A stretch of 64,000 nucleotides of DNA from Candidatus Levybacteria bacterium CG2_30_37_29 (GTDB lineage Bacteria; Patescibacteriota; Microgenomatia; Levybacterales; GWA1-39-11). Positions within the stretch are counted from its first letter, which is position 1. Every line of letters begins with the position of its first letter. The stretch spans positions 56,839 to 120,838 of the forward strand of contig MNYS01000006.1 in NCBI GenBank assembly GCA_001873215.1, read 5' to 3'. This document shows positions 57,481 through 64,000 of this stretch, in pieces. The notes below the pieces were generated by a model. The model saw only the letters and a list, made by a program, of their open reading frames with translations. It did not search any database and was not told where the DNA came from. Position numbers and translations under genes: made by a program.

Positions 57481-57605
57481 GCTCTTTCGTCCTTCGGACG
57501 ACAAGCCCCTGAGGGAAGAGCTTTCTTCAGCTTCAATTCCTCCCCAATAAAATTGGGGTTTCCTTGAAGCTTTAGATAGTTTTAGTTTCTCTGAAGTTTA
57601 CAAAA

Positions 57606-57632
57606 GGCCCCGATTAAATCGGGGTTTTTTTG
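57606..57632 (+). terminator. intrinsic terminator downstream of rplJL
   Basis: GGCCCCGAT-TAA-ATCGGGGTT followed by T run. Confidence 0.85.
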
Positions 57633-57678
57633 TTGGAAAATATTTGCAAATATCTTTTATTTAAGACATAATCGAATC

Positions 57679-58299
57679 ATGAGTGAGCTAGGTGAAGGAC
57701 CGTCTACAAATAATACAACCATAGAAACAGTACGTGCAATTCCCGAAAGCAGAAATCAAATAATTACCAAAAGAGAAGAAATCCCAACATTAGTAGAGTT
57801 GCCTTTAGTCGAAGCATGTGAAAATTTGTATGACAGAAATATTCAGACACTTTCTTCTTCCGCAAATTCTAATGATATAAATCCTGAAAATCCCGATAAC
57901 AGTTTTGCAAATATTATTATTGATTACAATTCATTATCCGGGGAAAATAAAAAAATTGTTGAAATTTTAATAAAAGATGGGAAAGCTGACATGATTGGCA
58001 ATTATGACAATAGAGCTGTAGTTCGTCTGCGTTTTCCATTAGCAAGAGGCACACAGGTAAAAGAATTGCAAGAAGTCTCGGTTTGGATTTCGGAGCAATT
58101 TAGAAAACAGCCAATGACATGGGCTCCAACGATGAATGTCGATGATGTTGCTAAAATGTATATGTCAGAAGAAGTAAAAGATGTGGATCCGCAAAAACTT
58201 GCTGAAGAAATTGGATATTATTATTCACCTGAAGAAAAACTTTTCTATCTAAGCGAAGAACATTATAAAAAAGTTAAAGACGGTTTGGTTACTGGATGA
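57679..58299 (+). CDS. hypothetical protein
   Basis: 206 aa; PLVEACENLYDRNIQTLSSSAN. Confidence 0.7.
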   Translation: MSELGEGPSTNNTTIETVRAIPESRNQIITKREEIPTLVELPLVEACENLYDRNIQTLSSSANSNDINPENPDNSFANIIIDYNSLSGENKKIVEILIKDGKADMIGNYDNRAVVRLRFPLARGTQVKELQEVSVWISEQFRKQPMTWAPTMNVDDVAKMYMSEEVKDVDPQKLAEEIGYYYSPEEKLFYLSEEHYKKVKDGLVTG

Positions 58300-59323
58300 T
58301 GTCGCTTAGGGATTCCCCGACATATATCCGTTTTATCGCTTCGGCAAGAAGAGGGGCAATAGAAATTACTTGAATTTTAGGATACTTTTTTGCTTTAGGA
58401 TTAAGCTTGATAGAATCCGTAACAAAAACCGTATTTATCTTTGATGCATTAATTCTTTCAATTGCGGGATTTGAAAAAAGGCCATGAGTGGCCGCAACCG
58501 AAACACTTTTTGCACCCCGCTCTATAAGCATATCCGTAGCATTCACTATTGTTCCTGCAGTGTCTATCATGTCATCAACGAGAAGAACCTCTTTTCCTTC
58601 CACGTCTCCTATCATGCCTAGAGCTTCCGATTTATTTGCAACATCAACGTCTCGTTGTTTGAAAACCATTGCCACTCCTTGCGACTGCAGCCTTTTCGCG
58701 TAAGCAGTGGCTCTTGTCATGCCGCCCTTATCAGGAGAAGCAACCACAAGATTATCGTTTGAAAAATGGTTTTTTAAAACAGGAAGCACAGCAATGCTGG
58801 CATGCAGATTATCCCATGGAATATTTACAAATCCTTCCTCGGGTTCCGAGTGAAGGTCTAAAGTAACAATTCTGTCCGCGCCGGCTGCTTCAATTTCACG
58901 GGCAACAAGAGCTGCAGAAATCGGTACTCTTGACCTGTCTTTTCTGTCTTGTCTCGCATAACCAAAATATGGAACTATTGCCGTTATTTCACTTGCCGAT
59001 GACCTTCTTGCCGCATCAAGCATGAATTTTAATTCTGCCAGATTATTATTTACCGGAGGAGAAGAAGGTTGGACAACGAATACATCACGCCTTCTGATGT
59101 TATCGGGAATTCTAATTCGTGTTTCTCCATCTGCAAATCGACCGGCAGTTTCCTGAATTTTGGTTTTCAATATTCTTCCAACTTGACGGGCAAGATCTTT
59201 ATTTCCGTTTCCTGTAATAATTGAAAAATCAGGGGTGAATAAAACTGTTTCGGGGTAAGGGTATCTTCCTGTGTCAAGAAGATTATATGGTCTTGTTCCA
59301 AGATCTCGTTCTGCTCCTGCCAT
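58289..59323 (-). CDS. prs: ribose-phosphate pyrophosphokinase
   Basis: FADGE, PYFGYARQDRK, LDLHS, VDDMIDTAGT, ATHGLFS. Confidence 0.97.
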   Translation of the reverse strand: MAGAERDLGTRPYNLLDTGRYPYPETVLFTPDFSIITGNGNKDLARQVGRILKTKIQETAGRFADGETRIRIPDNIRRRDVFVVQPSSPPVNNNLAELKFMLDAARRSSASEITAIVPYFGYARQDRKDRSRVPISAALVAREIEAAGADRIVTLDLHSEPEEGFVNIPWDNLHASIAVLPVLKNHFSNDNLVVASPDKGGMTRATAYAKRLQSQGVAMVFKQRDVDVANKSEALGMIGDVEGKEVLLVDDMIDTAGTIVNATDMLIERGAKSVSVAATHGLFSNPAIERINASKINTVFVTDSIKLNPKAKKYPKIQVISIAPLLAEAIKRIYVGESLSDIIQ

Positions 59324-59479
59324 GCCAAAATTATAGCAGAAGAAAAATCGTACTCAAGAGGCAATAATTGAGTTTGGCTCGGTATGATTACCCATGTTGA
59401 AGCTTAATGTGCTAAAAATCCTTATGGAATGTAATTCTTTGTTGAAAAATACGCACGTCTCCTGTATAATCAATAAACT

Positions 59480-59740
59480 ATGGCAAGCAAATGCAGCAAT
59501 TGTGGTAAAAGTAGAATGATGGGACATAAAGTGTCTCACGCGAAAAATAGGACAAACCATGCTTTCAAGCCAAACCTTCAAAATAAAAAAATTGAAGTAG
59601 AGGGGCGAAAAATTTCCGTGAAGATTTGTACTAACTGTATAAAGCTTATGAAAAAGATTACCAAGGATAAGCTTGCAAAAATCGCTTTGAAACAAGCACA
59701 ATTAGATACACAATCCCAAACTCCCTTGATAACTCCGTAA
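59480..59740 (+). CDS. rpmB: 50S ribosomal protein L28 (Zn-ribbon type, C-terminal extension)
   Basis: CSNCGK...VSHAKNRT..FKPNLQ...CTNC. Confidence 0.95.
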   Translation: MASKCSNCGKSRMMGHKVSHAKNRTNHAFKPNLQNKKIEVEGRKISVKICTNCIKLMKKITKDKLAKIALKQAQLDTQSQTPLITP

Positions 59741-59776
59741 GTAGTTTTCTTAAAGGTTTTAAATATTCTGTAAAGT

Positions 59777-60610
59777 TTAAGTAAGTTTTAATTTTTCTAA
59801 AACGTTTTTTGCGTCTTTGCCGTAGCCGTTTATAAAGTCTTTATAGCTTACCGCATTTTTTCCTTCAACTTGAATCTTTTTTTGCGGGAATAATTTGATG
59901 AGTTTCTTTTCGCCACCGAGTGATGCAGTAAGATATATACCCGGCCAAGGAAAAAATGCCCTAATTTTTCGGTCCAGATCTTCTGAGTTTGGGAGTTTAT
60001 TTAAGTCAATAGATCCATCTTTCTTTTCTATTTTTTGCGTCCAAAGTTCTTTTTTATGGTCTTGAGGTATTTCCTGAAATTCCGTTCCTTTTTCAAGTTT
60101 TTGTATAATCTTTTCAATCAGACTTGCGCCAAGAAAAAATAGTTTTTCAGTAAGCACTAACATGGTTTCATCACCGTTTAAAGACATTTCAATTTGTCCT
60201 AAAATTGGTCCATGATCTACCTTATCGTCAAGTTTTATAATTGTAGTTCCGCTTTTTTTATCGCCATTAAGAATTGTAAATTGAACAGGTGACGGACCTT
60301 TATATTTTGGTAAAAGACTTGGATGAATATTAAAAATTCCTAAAGGAAAAATACTAATTATTTTTTTTGGAATGATTGCGCCATAGCTTGCGAGAATTCC
60401 AAGAGTCGGTTTTAGCTGTTCTATTTTCTCAATATCAATCTTTTCTTTTAATCTTGATTGGATAAAAGGAATATTATTTTTTTCCAAGTATGTTACAAAT
60501 TTTCCTTCAACTTCAGTTGTCACAACAAGTTGCAAATTGTGTTGTCGCAATTTTTCAACAATCGGAATGACATAATATCCCGAACCGAAAAATACAATCC
60601 GTTGCTTCAT
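59777..60610 (-). CDS. fmt: methionyl-tRNA formyltransferase
   Basis: IVFFGS, ASYGAII, NIHPSLLPKYKGPSP, VDHGPIL, RAFFPWPG. Confidence 0.95.
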   Translation of the reverse strand: MKQRIVFFGSGYYVIPIVEKLRQHNLQLVVTTEVEGKFVTYLEKNNIPFIQSRLKEKIDIEKIEQLKPTLGILASYGAIIPKKIISIFPLGIFNIHPSLLPKYKGPSPVQFTILNGDKKSGTTIIKLDDKVDHGPILGQIEMSLNGDETMLVLTEKLFFLGASLIEKIIQKLEKGTEFQEIPQDHKKELWTQKIEKKDGSIDLNKLPNSEDLDRKIRAFFPWPGIYLTASLGGEKKLIKLFPQKKIQVEGKNAVSYKDFINGYGKDAKNVLEKLKLT

Positions 60611-60672
60611 ATACGTATTTTACCACTAAATGGTTTGAATTGGAGAGCTCTTAGGGGTATAATTATCGCTCT

Positions 60673-61755
60673 ATGAGTCAAATAGAAAGACATATTGTAA
60701 GAAAAAGGGTTCCGGGGCTACCAGGACAAATGGGATTTGAAGGAGTAGAGTTTATCGAAAGAAATCCTGACAGAAGTAGATTGGTTGAATCTTTTCCCGT
60801 TTTAAACAACCATCCAAAAATTAGATACAATGACGAAAATGGTAAGCCATATATTCTTTATTACCCTCCGGTAACAGGCCAGCCTGCAGGTAAAAAGATG
60901 GCACAGAGGGAGTGGCGGGAGTTTGATGATGTTGAAAGTGCTCTCCGCGCAGAAACCCTTATAAGAGATATTTACGATAAAGATGATGGTGACGTCGCCG
61001 CTAGAACGAAAAGCGTTATTCGCATGGTAAGCTCTCTCTCAAAACAATTTATGGGGCAGGTTTCAAAAGAAGACTTGATGGAGATGGAAAAACTTGCGGC
61101 AAAAGTTTTTGTGGAAGAAAAATTTGCAAACGCAGTTTCAGAAGAAAAACAAATGGTAGTCAGGCAGGTATTAAAAGCAACAAGGAAAGATATTCGTGAA
61201 CAAATAAATCCTCCTCGTTCAGAAATGATTCTTGGACATGTAAGAGTGGGGCTTGTGCAGGAGCGTATAGTAGAGCAAATAACAAATAAAGCGCATAAAG
61301 GCGTAGTGGAGACTTTAAAACGGGAGCGTGCGGTAGAGCGTTTTATGCTTGAGCAGGCCGCTGATTACGCAGAGTATGTATCGACATTAAAACCCGGAAT
61401 CGGTTCCCCATTAAGAAATGCTCTGCCCGGAATAGAAGATTTTTTCAGAAGAAACATGTCTCACGAAATAATTAGATTAAAACCTTATTCTGACGTTGCG
61501 GTAGAGTCAAGGTTTTTAGTTGCCGGCCGCGCCGATAATTTAATTGATCAAGCCATTTTAAAAGGTTATCTTGGAGAACAAGAAGCGAGTCGTTTGCTAA
61601 ATTTCGGTGTGCCACAAATAAGACATATAACAGTGTCAAGTTTTCATAACAGATTGCTTGGAATAGCCTCTAAAATACGTTCCGTATTAAGTCAAGGAGA
61701 CATTAACCTTTTACCTGAAGAACAAAGACCGACGCCAAAAGGACTTTTTGGATAA
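60673..61755 (+). CDS. hypothetical protein
   Basis: 360 aa; TATAAT 8 nt before the ATG. Confidence 0.72.
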   Translation: MSQIERHIVRKRVPGLPGQMGFEGVEFIERNPDRSRLVESFPVLNNHPKIRYNDENGKPYILYYPPVTGQPAGKKMAQREWREFDDVESALRAETLIRDIYDKDDGDVAARTKSVIRMVSSLSKQFMGQVSKEDLMEMEKLAAKVFVEEKFANAVSEEKQMVVRQVLKATRKDIREQINPPRSEMILGHVRVGLVQERIVEQITNKAHKGVVETLKRERAVERFMLEQAADYAEYVSTLKPGIGSPLRNALPGIEDFFRRNMSHEIIRLKPYSDVAVESRFLVAGRADNLIDQAILKGYLGEQEASRLLNFGVPQIRHITVSSFHNRLLGIASKIRSVLSQGDINLLPEEQRPTPKGLFG

Positions 61756-61768
61756 ACGTCAGTAAACT

Positions 61769-62257
61769 TTAATTGCTTGATATTACCGGTACTGATATAA
61801 ATTCTGCAATTTTTTTGATCGCATCAAATCCTGTATTGTTTTGTTTTTTTAGGTTCATGTTTATGTTTAAAGAGTATTCTTCCCCGTTTGCTAAACAAAA
61901 TGTTAAACTATCTCGATAAAAAAATAATAATTTCTGTTTGATTAATTTAATTTGAATGATCGATGGAATACTTAATTCTTTATTGAAAGTAAATGGATAA
62001 ATTACCCTTTTTATTTTTATTTGTCCGTTTGTTTTATCTATTATAATACTTAATTTGTGATGGCCAAACATAAATCCTAATAAAAAATCAAGAATACCAG
62101 ATATAAAGTAGTATCCTACGAGATCCGTTTTAAAAAAGCCAGTAAAAATAAAAATGGTGCCTATAACAAAAATCAAAATAAGAGGTAAGAAGCCGGCATA
62201 AAAAACATGACCTTCATAAAACTCCAAATTTTCTTCAGATTCTTTAGTAATTTCCAT
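61769..62257 (-). CDS. membrane protein (two TM plus soluble domain)
   Basis: 162 aa between def and fmt. Confidence 0.65.
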   Translation of the reverse strand: MEITKESEENLEFYEGHVFYAGFLPLILIFVIGTIFIFTGFFKTDLVGYYFISGILDFLLGFMFGHHKLSIIIDKTNGQIKIKRVIYPFTFNKELSIPSIIQIKLIKQKLLFFYRDSLTFCLANGEEYSLNINMNLKKQNNTGFDAIKKIAEFISVPVISSN

Positions 62258-62260
62258 TAT

Positions 62261-62839
62261 CTAAATTTCTATTTCATCAAACACGTCTTCGCCTTTTTTA
62301 TTTTTATGGGATCTGTATAGTTGTTCTTTTTGTTCCATCACATGTTTTGTAAAAAGTATTCCGTTAAGATGGTCCATTTCGTGTTGTATAATAACAGCAG
62401 GAAATCCCTTAAAATGTTTTGTATGAAAAGTTCCATCTTCATCCTGCCATGCAAGAGTCAATTCTTTTTTCCTGCTAACATTCCCCCAAATATTTGGTAA
62501 TGAAAGACAGCCCTCAAGCAGTTTTTTCTTTGACGATTTTGGCTTGTTTGCTTCAATTTTTTTTGAGTTAGAAAACTTTAAAACGGCCTCATCTTTTGAT
62601 TCATGTTTTATAACAGGATTTATATAAATTGAAGTAGGTGATTGATCGCTTGGTTTTGTTAAAAAAAGACGAAAAGAAAGACCAACTTGAGGTGCAGCAA
62701 GTCCCACGCCGACGGGATCAACTGTTGCGATAAGAGTTTTCTCCATGTCGATAATTATATTTTTCAATTTTCTATCAAATTTTTTGACCGGCTTAGATTT
62801 TGTTATCAAGATTGGATTTGGAGTAGTAATAATTTTCAT
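62261..62839 (-). CDS. def: peptide deformylase
   Basis: GVGLAAPQVG, EGCLS, QHEMDHLNG. Confidence 0.97.
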   Translation of the reverse strand: MKIITTPNPILITKSKPVKKFDRKLKNIIIDMEKTLIATVDPVGVGLAAPQVGLSFRLFLTKPSDQSPTSIYINPVIKHESKDEAVLKFSNSKKIEANKPKSSKKKLLEGCLSLPNIWGNVSRKKELTLAWQDEDGTFHTKHFKGFPAVIIQHEMDHLNGILFTKHVMEQKEQLYRSHKNKKGEDVFDEIEI

Positions 62840-62878
62840 AAGGCGAATAGTTTACCACCAAAACTTGCTCTATTCAAC

Positions 62879-64000
62879 TTAATATTTTCCTTCAAGGCTT
62901 TTGAGAAGCTCTTGCGCTTCTTTTTTCGGGGCGATATTTTCAAGTATGTACTTAAGATGGCTTGCCGCATCCCTTCTTAATTCGCGGGCTTTTGCCGGAT
63001 TTTTAGCGTCATAATCTTGCGCAAGCTTTATGTTAATTGCCGCAAAGGCATTATGCGCATCTTCATAATTTGGTTTTAGAAAAAGGGATTTTTGTAAGTA
63101 TTCTATTCCTTTTTGCTCGTCTCCTTTTTGGTTATAAAATAGCGCGAGATTATATGCAATTTTTGCGTCAGTTGGCGCAAGCTGTTCGGCTCTTTGAATT
63201 GATTTAACCGCTTCATCAATATATGCAGGATTCAATTGCGCAAGCGTATATAGAATACGGGTGCGGGACTTGAAAAATACGACGTTATTCGGGTGTTTTT
63301 GGATAACTTCATCTGAAAATTGTTTTGCTTGATTGGCAAATTGCGCGGCTTGGGTTGATTGGTTTTGTTGTTGTAGTACAACCGAGAGAGTTGCCAGATT
63401 TACCGCAAGTTCGTCTTTAAAAATATCTTCACCAGGTCTAAGTTTTAGAGCATTTGTTAGTGGTTCGTTGGCCTGACCGTACTCACCGATTCTATTAAGA
63501 TTGTAGCCCAGTGCATATTTTTGGTCTGCCACCCAATAAGTTATAAGCATAAATTCTAAATATAAAATAACAAGCCCGACTATAACAATCAAAATGTATT
63601 TACCTGAGGTGATAGAATTGTCATCATGCGATTTATAATTTTGTAAAGATGGATCTTGTTTTTTCCAGACAGGAATACTAAATGTTTTCATTAAAGAAGA
63701 AGGAATTTCCAGTTCATAAAATAATAAAGGAATAAAGAATAAAAATAAGTTAACAATAACAACGGAAAATCCAAAAAAATTCGAAATAAGGATTGTCGCA
63801 AAACTTCCAATCAGAGCAAGAGAGATAGGAAAGTAAGAAAAGTCATGAGTCTTTCTTTTTATTAAATCTCTAATCGCTTTTATCAAAAACAAAAAAATAA
63901 ATGCAAGATATGTGCCAAGTCCAAAAGCGCCCGTTGTCGCCAGATAATTTAAATATTCGTTATGGGCCTTATTGTATAAATAATCCCACTCGGAAGTCAG
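62879..64000 (-). CDS. O-antigen ligase-like membrane protein with C-terminal TPRs (5' end outside window)
   Basis: Frame open to the window edge: YNKAHNEYLNYLATTGAFG (Wzy_C-type motif) then TPR helices. Confidence 0.82.
   Translation of the reverse strand: MTSEWDYLYNKAHNEYLNYLATTGAFGLGTYLAFIFLFLIKAIRDLIKRKTHDFSYFPISLALIGSFATILISNFFGFSVVIVNLFLFFIPLLFYELEIPSSLMKTFSIPVWKKQDPSLQNYKSHDDNSITSGKYILIVIVGLVILYLEFMLITYWVADQKYALGYNLNRIGEYGQANEPLTNALKLRPGEDIFKDELAVNLATLSVVLQQQNQSTQAAQFANQAKQFSDEVIQKHPNNVVFFKSRTRILYTLAQLNPAYIDEAVKSIQRAEQLAPTDAKIAYNLALFYNQKGDEQKGIEYLQKSLFLKPNYEDAHNAFAAINIKLAQDYDAKNPAKARELRRDAASHLKYILENIAPKKEAQELLKSLEGKY

Noticed and set aside
57342-57536. 64-aa minus-strand ORF
   Set aside because: Antisense shadow of the duplicated rplL end and palindromes

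Overview
AT-rich chromosomal window from a reduced-genome bacterium. The gene set (Microgenomates-type L1, DUF5667 protein, PsbP-like surface paralogues, mostly leaderless genes) suggests Patescibacteria/CPR; this is inference. Housekeeping genes include rnhB, era, secE-nusG-rplK-rplA, galU, argS, ndk, truB, mreC-mreD-mrdA, dprA, rplJ-rplL, prs, rpmB, fmt, def and four tRNAs. Also present are two toxin-antitoxin modules, a DsbA/DsbB/sortase cluster and many orphan ORFs. Standout observations: (1) a six-gene hydrogenase-4/Ehr-like membrane complex whose large subunit lacks the NiFe cysteines and whose small subunit has lost three of four Fe-S cysteines; (2) a GC-rich 2.2 kb operon of seven microproteins with strong Shine-Dalgarno sites behind a structured, boxA-containing leader; (3) displaced duplicate 3' ends behind rplL, ndk (both synonymously recoded), tRNA-Thr and tRNA-Pro, separated from the genes by small palindromes; (4) a 55-nt dispersed hairpin repeat and 7-nt periodic repeats that enter coding sequences in frame. 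All calls were made by eye; no searches were run.
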